Assembly: GCA_002452095.1 (NCBI GenBank)
Contig: DKEG01000026.1
Span: 442 to 64,441 of the forward strand
Origin: Bacteroidales bacterium UBA6828
GTDB lineage: Bacteria > Bacteroidota > Bacteroidia > Bacteroidales > Paludibacteraceae
Direction: 5' to 3'
Length of the DNA stretch: 64,000 bases
Part shown: positions 10,022 to 19,810 of the stretch, piece after piece
How positions within the stretch are numbered: position 1 is the stretch's first letter
Layout of the letters: every line of letters begins with the position of its first letter
Notes under the pieces: generated by a model
What the model was told of the DNA's origin: nothing
What the model saw: only the letters and a program-made list of their open reading frames with translations
The model's database searches: none
Position numbers and translations under genes: made by a program

Positions 10022-13000
10022 ATGAAAAAACTTTATCTTCTGATTGTGGCCGCAATGCTATGCTGTCTTCCGGCAATGGCTATCGGCAAAGGCGATGGTT
10101 CTACCAAAGCCAATGCCATAGAGTTTGACTGGGAGAACGGCAACGTGCAGGGAGGCAGTGCCTCTGCGGTGTGGTATCGTGTTTCGTTAGACCCCATCTA
10201 TGAGGAAGAAACACCTACCTTGGCTATTTTTCTGACCAACTTGACCGATAACACAGCCAATGTGCATATCCAAGGTACATTGGCGGGGCAGACCGAGAAA
10301 CGCGACTATACGCTGTCGGGCAAAGAGTATCGTGTATGGACGGTAGCCGGCGGAATGCTTATCCAAATGAAGCAGACCGAGGTCTATCTCTGCCTGACCA
10401 CCGACCAGCGTATCGCCATCACCTCCAAGGTCTATGCTGCGTCCGACATCGATGATGCTTGTCTCAACGCCACTGAGTTCAACTGGACGGCAGGCATGTC
10501 GCAAACCGCAGAGAGCGTGTGGTACAAGGTGAACCTCCGTGCCGCCAAAGCCGCTACCGGCAAAGAGGTTGCCGTTGTGGTGCGCAACATAGGTTCGGCT
10601 GCCGCTACGGTTACCGGCGGTGTCAGTTTCGATTGCCCGAGTACGGGATTGACCTCGCGCGGAGCATATCTGGCAGCAGGGCAGAGGTACATCAAGACCA
10701 TAGGTCGCTCTATACTGGATATGCTGTCGGCAGACGAGGTCTATGTGCGTGTTGATAGCAAGCAACCTGTTCGTATTGAGGCGCAGTTGGTGGATGCCGA
10801 TGTACCGGCTACACCTGTTTTTGAAGGCACCGGTGCCGTCGAAGCCGTTTTGAATACCACCTACAAAATAGGTGCCGGGGAATATATCTACAAGATACGC
10901 TTGGCATCGCTCCGTCAAAAGGGTATGGTGCCCGAACTGATGGTAATCAATCGAGGGGCTGCCAAGGCTACTGTCAAAGCCGAGGTGGCGTTTGTTGCCA
11001 AACCATACAGCGTTACTGCCCGCACTATGCAACTCGACGCGGACGCTTCCGCTACCAAGACCATTGAACCGAATATGTTGGACGGGCTGAGTGCCGAGTA
11101 TGTATATGTACGTCTGACCACCGACCAGCCGCTTTCGTTCTCCGGGCGTCTCCGTCGTCTGCATGAGGGCGAAGCCTGCAAAACAAGTATGGACTTTGTT
11201 TGGAACACCGAACATCGTCAGTCTGCCAATACCACCGTTTGGTATGCTGTGGATATCAAGTCCGCCAAAGCCGGCAAGAAAGATATTCTGCTACACGTGA
11301 AGAACCTCGGCGGCAAGAAGGCTTCGCTCAAGGCAAGTATGGCTTTCGAATGTCCGTACAGCGATCTACAGACTATTTCGCGTACGCTTGCCGCACAGAC
11401 ACAGCGCGACAAGACCATCAGTTGGAATACTTTCGGTATGATGGCGAGCGACATCGTGTATGTGGGCGTAGAGACCGACCAAAACATAGTATTCAGTGCC
11501 GAACTGACGGATATGCCCGTCAAAGAGGAGGACGATGCGTGTCTCCGTGCTACGGCTTTCGATTGGACATACGGACACAAACAGGCTGCCAAAGATACCG
11601 TCTGGTACAAGGTCGGACTGGCAGACGTGCGTGCTACCACGCTGGTACCGACCCTTACTATCAGCAACCTCGGTGCGACTACCGCACAGATTGAGGCGGA
11701 GATGAGCCTTGAGTGCCCCGACAATGTAGCCAATACCGAGCGCACTATGTCGCTTGCTGCCGGCGGCAAGTATGAGAAAACATTCGGACGCGACTTTATC
11801 AACGGCATAGACAAGAGTATTGATACCCTCTATTTCCGTGTCATCTCTTCGCAGCCGATTGCTTTCCGTGTTACGATGACCAAAGAGGACGCAGGCAGCA
11901 GTTGCCGCTCGGCAATCCTGTTCAACTGGGTAAGCGGCAATGACCAGAAAGCCGATGACGCCCTCTGGTATATGGTGGATCTGCGTGCTGCCAAACAGGG
12001 GAACAAGGATATCCGCGTCAGCATCACCAACAAGGCTAATGCAACAGCCGATGTAGAGGCGCAGGTGGCATTCACCTGCCCGTGCGATGTCCCGCAGACC
12101 CAGACGACTACGCTCCGCGGCTTGCAGACCAAGAGCACCACGATTGCCCACTCTGCATTGGAGACCTTGGGCGACACCGTCTATGTGCGCTTGAGCAGTT
12201 CGCAGGCGGTACACGTAGAGGCGGAACTGGTTGAGCCGGAGCCGTTCACTGCTATCGATTGCCCCGACGATATGGTGGTTTTCGGTTGGGGACAACGCTA
12301 TACTACCACTGCCGATACCACATGGTACTATGTCAGCAAAGCAATGCTGGACGAGATGATCGCCTCGGCAAAGACCCCGCGTATCTATCTGACGAGTGCC
12401 ACCAAACAAACCGTTACGGCACAGGTGGCTTACCATTGCCCGGTTACAGAGGCTATGCAGAGCAAATCGGTAAGCGTAGGTGTAGGACAGGAACTGTATA
12501 AACTGGTGGAGCGCAGTACGGCGGAGCAGTTGGCTGCCAAGCACGACAGCATCATAGTGCTGCTGATTGGCAACGGACTGCAGTTCCAAGTGGATTTGGT
12601 CGATCCGAACTCCGGTGAGGACTGCCTGCACGCCATCAACTATGCCGTAGGCGACACCTGTATCCAGGACGAGACGACCACCCGCTGGTATCGTCTGGAC
12701 AAAAAAGCCGTGGTTGCTCTGGATAAACTGATTACTTTCAGCATTGAGAACCTCGGTACCAAAGCGGGAACCCTGCAAGCCGGACTCTATACGAGTTGTG
12801 ATTCCGCTGCGATTATGGCAGAGTCGTTTGCGCTCGGTATCGGGCAGAAACGCAGCAAGGAGATTAGTAGTGATATTTTCAGTGCTTTCGCTTCCGACTA
12901 TCTCTATCTGAAACTTACTACCCCGGCAGGACAGCAGGCGCGTATCACTTCGTCGGTTCGCGACTTTGCTGCCATCGAGCCTGTTACGGCTTGTGCGGAG

Positions 13001-16000
13001 GCTGTCGAGGCGGTGCCGAATACCACATACAATGTCGAGGCTGGCGTGCCGACATGGTACGCCGTGGACATTCGCAACCTCCAGGAGAACACTTCGGGTA
13101 ATGGTACGCTTACTATCCGCAACCTTGACAACAGTCCCGTTGTGTCAAAGGCGGAAATCAGTTGGGTATGCCCCGTGGAGCACGAGATGACCTTCCGCCA
13201 GCGTACTATTGCGGGCGGTGAGGCATTGGTATATACTGTAGAGCGTACGCAGTTCAACGCTTTTGACAGCGCACGTGTCTATGTACGCGTCAGTGCCGAC
13301 CGTGCTATATCGTTCCGTTTCGATATTACGTTGAGCAAGGGGGATGACTGTCTCAATGCCATTGATTTCGATTGGATCAACGGCAATATCCACCCGGGCA
13401 GTACAGAGCAGGAGAAGACCAGTTGCTTGTGGTACCAGGTGCGTTTGGACTCCACCTCTATTCCGGAGGGCTATGATATGCGCTTGTCTATCGTAAACCT
13501 TGACAAGCAGGAGCAGACCGAGACTAGTGCGAAGATTATGTGGGAGTGCGACCAGGAAGTGAAGAACCTGGAGCATACACTCGCTGCCGGCGATACCGTC
13601 TCGCAGAATATCGACCGCGATGTGATCAAACAGGCCGGTTGGCCCAACTTGCAAATCCTCTACTGCTCGGACAAGACTACGAAAATCTTTGCATCCTTGG
13701 TGCCGGAGACGGAACGTGTACAAGGCTTTGACACTGTCTATGCCACTGTGTGCGACGGTGCGGAATACCGTGATTCCGTCTTTGTCGGCGACAAGTGGTA
13801 TTATATCAATATGATGGTGTTCGACGATGATGTTACTTCGCAGCAACTTGATACCACTATCACTTGGCGCGATGGCACCTCGATGCGCGACTCGGTAATT
13901 ACCTACAAGGTAACACCGCTCGTCGCTGCCAAACAGATACCTGCTGAGCAGTTGCAGACACTCCACGCCGCGCCGTTGCTGGTAGAGGGTATGAGCCTGT
14001 TTGTTGATTCTTCGCTTGCGGCATTGCGCCGTTACTATGGCAGTGTGGATACCATATCGCCGATTGATACTATCTGGTGGTCGGATGATGCAGCGGGTAA
14101 TGCGTGGGCGGATACCGTTACCATCCTGCCCAAGGATATGCATACCAAGATGCTTTATCTGCATATTGAGGACTCGTGCGAGAATGTATTGAATTTCCCC
14201 TATACGTTTATGGTGGCTCCGTGGCGCACCGACAGCATTGCTCTGTATGATACGGTTTGCCCGAATACGGTTTCGCAGTTGTTGCCGACTACAACCATTC
14301 ATCAGGATACCGTTATCCGTTCTCTGAAACAACAACTGAGCGTGAAGGATACGCTCGGTCGTCCGCGTACTATCGACTCGCTCTATATCTATACAATCAA
14401 AGTAAAGACCCGCCCTGTCCTCTATACCGAGTTGCCCTATCTACCAACGGTGGCTTGCGGTAAGAGCATCAATGTTTCTCGTGCTACCACCTCCCTGTTG
14501 CGGCAGTTCGCACAAGACAAGGGTGAAACGGATATGATCGTGGAGTCTGTCGTATGGCACCGCAAGGATACACTGACCGGTACGTACAGCCCTCTGACCA
14601 CCGACCGTCTGGGCAAAGACGAGAAGAAAGTAATATTGCGCTATGTGGCTGTTACCGAATGTGGCGATTCGTTGTTTGGGCAGGACTTTGACTTTGTTCC
14701 CGAGGCATATATATACAAGGTGGCTCCTGAGATACAGGATGCAACCTGCGCTGGCAGCGAGTACATCGGGCGTGTAAGTTCGCACATTATTCTCAATGAC
14801 ACCACGTGGAATGATACACTCCCAATCCATGATACCGACATTGACTTCGACTCGGTATATGTCTATAACATCACCACGCTCCGATTGCTCAAAGATACCA
14901 CTGAGCATGATACCATTTGTGATGGCGATATCTATGCTTGGCGTGGTGGTATGCAACTCTCCCAGACGGGCGTTTATTATGATACCGTTTATTATGATTC
15001 AGGTTGCGCAAAAGAGTACTATACGCTCAATCTGACAGTTCTTTCTGCTACGGATATGCCTGAGGAAACGGCGGTTATCAAAGAGGGACAGACCTATACT
15101 TGGCGCAATTTGACTTTCACAAAAGCAGACACGTATCATGATACCGCATACTACGCTGTTACAGGGTGCGACAGCGTACACTATACGCTCCAACTCCAAG
15201 TGAAACCGGCATCGAAAGCAGATACAACGGTTACGGATACCGTCTGTGTCGGCAGCGATTATGTTTCCCGTTTGCAAACCCTCATTGTCTATACCGATAC
15301 CACGTGGACGGATAGCCTACGTGTGTTCGACCCTGTCAACGGGGATGTGGATTCGCTCTATCATTACCAACTCTATGTATATCATTTCTTTATGCCGGCT
15401 ATTGCGCAGGATGATATCCTTGCGGTGTGCGGTCAGGTGGTAGATACCACCCGTGCTACGGCTGCCTTGGAGCAGGCTGTGGCTGCCGATCCGCTCTTTG
15501 CGCCCAATACCGCTATCCGCTGGTTCGTGCAGCAAGGCGGGGCTTGGAATGGCATTGCGGATAAGGCATTGGACGGGCAAACAAAAGAGGTTACCGTCCG
15601 CTGCGAGATTAGCAGCGATTGCGCTACCAAGGATACCACGTTCATCGTCTCGGTAGAGCAACCTGATGCCGACAACAACCCTGCGTTGAGCAACCTGCCC
15701 GCCAAATCGATGTACTCCGACCGTCTGCTGATGATCAACCTCAATAGCATACGTGAGCAGTTCCCCGACTGGAACATCACCGAGGCGGATGTACACTGGT
15801 ACAAGATGGCAGGCGAAACACCCGATGTCAATGCCGATACCGAAGTGGCTACGGGCTTCTACTATACCACAGACAATGCCGATGCACTGCAAGGCGCATA
15901 TTATGCCCGTATCATACACACGGCATCTTCCGGGAGCGATTGCGCAGCCGAGGCACGCACGGTCATCCTTACTTGCACCACCGGCAGCAAGGCGCCCGAG

Positions 16001-16228
16001 TTGCGTCCGAATGTCGTGCTGCCCGAGGAGCAGATACAGGTGCAGAACCTCAATCCGGATATGGAAACCGACATCGTCGTTTATACCTCCACCGGACAAA
16101 AGATTGCCGCTTATACATCTCGCGAGGCAGAGACATTCCTTATGAATGCCGCTTCTGATACGGGCTATTATATGGTGGATGTACAATGCGACGGCGAAAA
16201 GGTTACTTTGCGCTATGTGGTTAAGTAA
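10022..16228 (+). CDS. giant tandem-domain surface protein with T9SS C-terminal domain
   Basis: 2068-aa ORF with a signal peptide. It has ten about 121-aa repeats carrying a WY-x-V-x-L motif and a later C-P motif, then Cys/Tyr-rich modules, then a CTD (IVVYTSTGQKIAAYTS...GYYMVDVQCDGEKVTLRYVVK). Confidence 0.85.
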   Translation: MKKLYLLIVAAMLCCLPAMAIGKGDGSTKANAIEFDWENGNVQGGSASAVWYRVSLDPIYEEETPTLAIFLTNLTDNTANVHIQGTLAGQTEKRDYTLSGKEYRVWTVAGGMLIQMKQTEVYLCLTTDQRIAITSKVYAASDIDDACLNATEFNWTAGMSQTAESVWYKVNLRAAKAATGKEVAVVVRNIGSAAATVTGGVSFDCPSTGLTSRGAYLAAGQRYIKTIGRSILDMLSADEVYVRVDSKQPVRIEAQLVDADVPATPVFEGTGAVEAVLNTTYKIGAGEYIYKIRLASLRQKGMVPELMVINRGAAKATVKAEVAFVAKPYSVTARTMQLDADASATKTIEPNMLDGLSAEYVYVRLTTDQPLSFSGRLRRLHEGEACKTSMDFVWNTEHRQSANTTVWYAVDIKSAKAGKKDILLHVKNLGGKKASLKASMAFECPYSDLQTISRTLAAQTQRDKTISWNTFGMMASDIVYVGVETDQNIVFSAELTDMPVKEEDDACLRATAFDWTYGHKQAAKDTVWYKVGLADVRATTLVPTLTISNLGATTAQIEAEMSLECPDNVANTERTMSLAAGGKYEKTFGRDFINGIDKSIDTLYFRVISSQPIAFRVTMTKEDAGSSCRSAILFNWVSGNDQKADDALWYMVDLRAAKQGNKDIRVSITNKANATADVEAQVAFTCPCDVPQTQTTTLRGLQTKSTTIAHSALETLGDTVYVRLSSSQAVHVEAELVEPEPFTAIDCPDDMVVFGWGQRYTTTADTTWYYVSKAMLDEMIASAKTPRIYLTSATKQTVTAQVAYHCPVTEAMQSKSVSVGVGQELYKLVERSTAEQLAAKHDSIIVLLIGNGLQFQVDLVDPNSGEDCLHAINYAVGDTCIQDETTTRWYRLDKKAVVALDKLITFSIENLGTKAGTLQAGLYTSCDSAAIMAESFALGIGQKRSKEISSDIFSAFASDYLYLKLTTPAGQQARITSSVRDFAAIEPVTACAEAVEAVPNTTYNVEAGVPTWYAVDIRNLQENTSGNGTLTIRNLDNSPVVSKAEISWVCPVEHEMTFRQRTIAGGEALVYTVERTQFNAFDSARVYVRVSADRAISFRFDITLSKGDDCLNAIDFDWINGNIHPGSTEQEKTSCLWYQVRLDSTSIPEGYDMRLSIVNLDKQEQTETSAKIMWECDQEVKNLEHTLAAGDTVSQNIDRDVIKQAGWPNLQILYCSDKTTKIFASLVPETERVQGFDTVYATVCDGAEYRDSVFVGDKWYYINMMVFDDDVTSQQLDTTITWRDGTSMRDSVITYKVTPLVAAKQIPAEQLQTLHAAPLLVEGMSLFVDSSLAALRRYYGSVDTISPIDTIWWSDDAAGNAWADTVTILPKDMHTKMLYLHIEDSCENVLNFPYTFMVAPWRTDSIALYDTVCPNTVSQLLPTTTIHQDTVIRSLKQQLSVKDTLGRPRTIDSLYIYTIKVKTRPVLYTELPYLPTVACGKSINVSRATTSLLRQFAQDKGETDMIVESVVWHRKDTLTGTYSPLTTDRLGKDEKKVILRYVAVTECGDSLFGQDFDFVPEAYIYKVAPEIQDATCAGSEYIGRVSSHIILNDTTWNDTLPIHDTDIDFDSVYVYNITTLRLLKDTTEHDTICDGDIYAWRGGMQLSQTGVYYDTVYYDSGCAKEYYTLNLTVLSATDMPEETAVIKEGQTYTWRNLTFTKADTYHDTAYYAVTGCDSVHYTLQLQVKPASKADTTVTDTVCVGSDYVSRLQTLIVYTDTTWTDSLRVFDPVNGDVDSLYHYQLYVYHFFMPAIAQDDILAVCGQVVDTTRATAALEQAVAADPLFAPNTAIRWFVQQGGAWNGIADKALDGQTKEVTVRCEISSDCATKDTTFIVSVEQPDADNNPALSNLPAKSMYSDRLLMINLNSIREQFPDWNITEADVHWYKMAGETPDVNADTEVATGFYYTTDNADALQGAYYARIIHTASSGSDCAAEARTVILTCTTGSKAPELRPNVVLPEEQIQVQNLNPDMETDIVVYTSTGQKIAAYTSREAETFLMNAASDTGYYMVDVQCDGEKVTLRYVVK

Positions 16229-16258
16229 ACGGACTGACAAACTAATAATTACGATACA

Positions 16259-17692
16259 ATGAAAAAGATTAAAAATAAGATATTCGGTAGTGCGGCACGT
16301 CTGCGTAAGGCTGCACTGGCTATGGTGTTGGTATCTGCGGGTGTTTGCGCAGATGCGCAAACACCCGCAGACTCAACCGCTTCCGATTTTCAATGGCAAG
16401 TGGGTGATACGGTGGTTATCAAGCGCGATAATACCCACTACCTGACAGGAGAACGTATGAGTACGTGGGTCTATTATGTATCGCACCCTATCCTGCAGGT
16501 AGGTACGAAACGCTTCCCCGATGGCGTGCTGCTCAAGGGAATTATGTCGTGGGTACGCCCTGACGGCATTATGCTCAAGGGGGCTGTGGCACGCGAAGAT
16601 ACTGTGGCACAGGCTGCGGCTCAGCAACAGCAGGAGCAGCAGAAAATACAGGTCAATCAACGGGCGGAGGAGAAAGAACAGATGTCGGAACTCCAGCAGC
16701 GTCAGATTGAGCAGCAAGCCCAACTGTATGGCAGCGAGACGCTGAAAGCCGATACTGCGCTGTCCAAACGCGATACGACACCGGTTGTGGAGCAACCGCT
16801 GGAACCGATAGTAGTAGAAGAGCAACCTGCCCAGGACGCAGCATATACCATTACTGCCCAGCCGAAACAGGAGAACTACCAGCGTTTCTCTATCGGTCTC
16901 CGAGGCGGTTATGCCAATATGCTCCACGCACTCAACCGCGACAGCAAACGCCCCGGTGGCTTCGATGCTATGCTCGACCTGCAGTATGCCTACTATTGGA
17001 CTAAGTTCGGGCGTCCTGTTGATTTGGGTATCCTTACCGGCTTGAGTCTGGGCTATGCGCAGAGCAGTATCAACTTGGATGTCAACGACTCTTATACGGT
17101 TAATACCGATGAGGGGGCGGTGGATTATACCCTCACTGCCGATAAGGTCTCTTCCTGCGACCGCCAACTGCAACTCGAAGTGCCCCTCTTGTTCTCTTTG
17201 GTTACTGAGAAAGGCTTGTTCTTCAATATCGGCCCCAAACTCCTACTCCCGCTCTATACACCCTATCAGCAGACTATCACTGCGCCTACCGTGGACGCTT
17301 ATTTTCAGGAAGAGGGCGTGCATGTTACCAACGAAGCCATCACAGGGCGTCTGGATAATGACCAACTCAATAACAAAGGTAAGAACCACAACCAATGGAA
17401 AGCCAACCTGCTCCTTTCTGCCGAAATCGGGTACGAGTGGAGTCTGCGCAACGGAGATGCTCTCGGTTTGGGTGTGTATGCCAACTATAGCGTCGTCAGT
17501 GCTTTCAAGGGCGAAACCGCCAACAGGAGCCTTATCAATGTAACACCTCCTTCGGGAGACGGCAAGGCTTCTGCATCGGTTGTCTCGGCTACCGACACCT
17601 ATGTCAATAAATTGGGTTATGTCGATGCCGGCATCAAGGTGGCATACCATTTCAATTTCCCGAAGCAGAAACGTTCTGTCGCTAAACAATAA
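16259..17692 (+). CDS. outer-membrane beta-barrel protein with N-terminal globular domain and Gln-rich linker
   Basis: 477-aa ORF with a signal peptide and a QQQQEQQK coiled/low-complexity linker. The C-terminal half has alternating hydrophobic beta-strand patterning and ends in AGIKVAYHF plus a short tail. It starts 30 nt after the giant gene. Confidence 0.65.
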   Translation: MKKIKNKIFGSAARLRKAALAMVLVSAGVCADAQTPADSTASDFQWQVGDTVVIKRDNTHYLTGERMSTWVYYVSHPILQVGTKRFPDGVLLKGIMSWVRPDGIMLKGAVAREDTVAQAAAQQQQEQQKIQVNQRAEEKEQMSELQQRQIEQQAQLYGSETLKADTALSKRDTTPVVEQPLEPIVVEEQPAQDAAYTITAQPKQENYQRFSIGLRGGYANMLHALNRDSKRPGGFDAMLDLQYAYYWTKFGRPVDLGILTGLSLGYAQSSINLDVNDSYTVNTDEGAVDYTLTADKVSSCDRQLQLEVPLLFSLVTEKGLFFNIGPKLLLPLYTPYQQTITAPTVDAYFQEEGVHVTNEAITGRLDNDQLNNKGKNHNQWKANLLLSAEIGYEWSLRNGDALGLGVYANYSVVSAFKGETANRSLINVTPPSGDGKASASVVSATDTYVNKLGYVDAGIKVAYHFNFPKQKRSVAKQ

Positions 17693-17732
17693 CTTTTACG
17701 CCTGAATAATACGGTAGTATAACAATAAAAAA

Positions 17733-17769
17733 AGAGATTGCCGACCAAGTGTGGCAATCTCTTTTTTTA
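17733..17769 (+). terminator. rho-independent terminator after the cargo/beta-barrel cluster
   Basis: AGAGATTGCC-N10-GGCAATCTCT is a perfect 10-bp stem followed by T7. An A-run upstream makes it potentially bidirectional. Confidence 0.75.
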
Positions 17770-17803
17770 TCCCCCTCCTATTATTATCCTTTATGCTAAC
17801 GGC

Positions 17804-17836
17804 ATCGGGTTGTTATCGGGTGATTATCGGGTTGTT
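17804..17836. repeat. 11-mer x3 (ATCGGGTTGTT / ATCGGGTGATT)
   Basis: Read directly. Confidence 0.9.
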
Positions 17837-18043
17837 CGTGAATGGATGCTGATTGAATAAGCCCGTTTCGGCGTATTGTGGCGCAAAGCACCGCTTTGTG
17901 CGTAGCACGCGCCACCATCCGCCGCCCTTGTATCTTGTATTTGTTGATTGAGCGCGGGGCGTGTTGCCCCGCAAGAAAGGTAAAGCCGGTTTTGTTTTTA
18001 TGTTTCCGTTATTTCGAACTCACGTTATATCAGCATAGAACAC

Positions 18044-18077
18044 AAAAAAACTGCCCGACTATACTTTGTCAGGCAGT
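18044..18077 (-). terminator. rho-independent terminator downstream of coaBC
   Basis: On the minus strand: ACTGCCTGAC-loop-GTCGGGCAGT (one mismatch) followed by T7. Confidence 0.65.
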
Positions 18078-18091
18078 CTCTTTTGTTGTCT

Positions 18092-18126
18092 CATTACGCA
18101 TTACGCATTATGCATTACGCATTGTA
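18092..18126. repeat. heptamer tract (CATTACG/CATTATG x5) spanning the coaBC stop codon
   Basis: Read directly. It encodes the last residues, VMHNA-stop, on the minus strand. Confidence 0.95.
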
Positions 18127-19324
18127 TTATGTCTTTTGCCACTTGCTGTTTGGATTCAAGCGGGTAGGCTATATGGTGTCCGTCTTTGTAGTAGATTGTT
18201 ACCTTGTTCGTATCGCATACAAACCCCGCCCCCGCGTCTTGCAGCGAGTTCAGCACAATCATATCCAACCCTTTCGTGGTCATCTTGTGCAGTGCATTCT
18301 GTTCCTCGTTATGCGTCTCAAGCGCAAAGCCGACTATGGTTTGGTCGGGGCGTTTCTGCTGCCCGAGTGTGGCGGCTATATCGTGTGTCTTGCGCAGCGT
18401 CAGCGTCAGTGTGTCCTGCCCTGCCTGTTTCTTTATCTTCTGCGCTGCTACCTTCTCAGGAGTGAAATCGGCTACCGCTGCACAGAGAATGGCTATATTG
18501 CACATAGGAAACGCTTGCATACACGCCTCGTACATCTCTTGTGCCGAACCGACGGAGACAATGCGCAATGCGGGTGCAATGCCGAACAACTCCGCTCGCG
18601 GCAGACTGCATTGGGTCGGTCCTGATACCAATACCACTTCTGCCCCACGGCGAAGGCACTCTTGTGCCAAGGCATAACCCATCTTGCCGGTGGAGTAGTT
18701 GCTGATATAGCGCACGGGGTCTATCTTTTCCTGTGTCGGACCTGCTGTAATCAGCACCCGTTGTCCTGACAGATCTTTGGGCGATAACGCATACTCTGCT
18801 GCCTCCAAAATAACCGCAGGCTCCTGCATACGCCCTCTGCCGCTTGTGCCGCAGGCCAACTCCCCTTCCGCACAATCGAGCATCGTAATGTTGTCCCAAC
18901 CGGACAGACGCTTCATCGCCTCTTGCGTGGCGGGGCATTGGTACATCTTGTCGTTCATTGCAGGGGCTATCACCACAGGTTTGCGCATTGCGCAGAAAGT
19001 GGTCGTCAGGGCGTCATCGGCAATGCCGTTTGCCATCTTACCGAGTACGTTGGCGGTTGCAGGTGTCACCACCATCAGGTCTGCCCAATCGGGCAGGGAA
19101 ATATGCTCTGTGGAATGTTCGTTGATAGCGGCAAATACATCAGAATAGACCTTGTAGCCCGATAGGGTCTGCAAGGTCAACTCAGTTACGAACTCCAACG
19201 CATTCTTGGTGGTCGCCACCCTCACTTCCGCTCCCGCTTTGCGTAGCAAGCGTATCAGTTCGGGAATTTTGTAGGCAGCGATACCCCCGCTGATGCCTAC
19301 CAATATGTGCTTGCCCTCCAACAA
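18101..19324 (-). CDS. coaBC: bifunctional phosphopantothenoylcysteine decarboxylase / phosphopantothenate-cysteine ligase
   Basis: 407 aa. The N-terminal flavoprotein signature is GKHILVGISGGIAAYKIPELIRLLRKAGAEV. The CoaB half carries ITAGPTQEKIDPVRYISNYSTGKMG. Confidence 0.95.
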   Translation of the reverse strand: MLEGKHILVGISGGIAAYKIPELIRLLRKAGAEVRVATTKNALEFVTELTLQTLSGYKVYSDVFAAINEHSTEHISLPDWADLMVVTPATANVLGKMANGIADDALTTTFCAMRKPVVIAPAMNDKMYQCPATQEAMKRLSGWDNITMLDCAEGELACGTSGRGRMQEPAVILEAAEYALSPKDLSGQRVLITAGPTQEKIDPVRYISNYSTGKMGYALAQECLRRGAEVVLVSGPTQCSLPRAELFGIAPALRIVSVGSAQEMYEACMQAFPMCNIAILCAAVADFTPEKVAAQKIKKQAGQDTLTLTLRKTHDIAATLGQQKRPDQTIVGFALETHNEEQNALHKMTTKGLDMIVLNSLQDAGAGFVCDTNKVTIYYKDGHHIAYPLESKQQVAKDIIQCVMHNA

Positions 19325-19328
19325 TGTA

Positions 19329-19356
19329 CAATTAACAATTAAGAATTAACAATTAA
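19329..19356. repeat. heptamer tract (CAATTAA/GAATTAA x4) between rpoZ and coaBC
   Basis: Read directly. Confidence 0.9.
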
Positions 19357-19399
19357 TAAATATGCAATGCGTTCTTTATCCATTGTTCTTTGTCCATTG

Positions 19400-19732
19400 T
19401 TATTTCAGTGCTTCGTCCTTGTTGCTGGTCTTATATACGAGGTCGTTTTCTACAAACTCCTCCGTAGCCAACAAGGTCGGTTTGGGCAGACGCTCGTAGG
19501 TGCGCGAAATCTCAATCTGCTCTTGGTTCTCAAAAGTCTCGTCCATCGAGTCTTGGGGAGTGGAGAAATCCTGCAGTTTGCTGTCCAACTCTTTCTTGAG
19601 TGCGGCACTGATCTGGTTGGCGCGTTTCGCAATGATGGCTACGGTCTCGTACACGTTGCCGACGGGTTCTACCAACTTGTTCATATCGCGGGTAATCGTG
19701 TTGGTAGGTGCTTTCGATTGTTTGAAATCCAT
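19400..19732 (-). CDS. rpoZ: DNA-directed RNA polymerase subunit omega (Bacteroidota type)
   Basis: GNVYETVAIIAKRANQI is an omega-like motif. The gene sits between bamD and coaBC, as I recall for Bacteroidota. The ORF track extends to 19789, but the ATG at 19732 (MDFKQSKAPTN) is the more likely start. Confidence 0.65.
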   Translation of the reverse strand: MDFKQSKAPTNTITRDMNKLVEPVGNVYETVAIIAKRANQISAALKKELDSKLQDFSTPQDSMDETFENQEQIEISRTYERLPKPTLLATEEFVENDLVYKTSNKDEALK

Positions 19733-19810
19733 ATCTTTAGTATCTTTAGTTTTATTCTTGCGGTTCGTAGCGTCAAAACGCCCGAACATAGGCTTGCGCT
19801 GTGCGCAGAC

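Noticed and set aside
10187-16360. Series of long minus-strand ORFs (10187-11215, 11366-12778, 13145-14335, 15317-16360) inside the 2068-aa gene.
   Set aside because: They are antisense shadows. Their sequences are low-complexity and Arg/His/Gly-rich, and together they tile the plus-strand ORF, which has periodic domain structure and a CTD.
17878-18677. Plus-strand ORFs (195, 180 and 157 aa) spanning the 17.9-kb spacer and running antisense into coaBC.
   Set aside because: They start inside GC-rich hairpin repeats and overlap coaBC, which is unambiguous. Their composition is Cys/Arg/Leu-rich noise.
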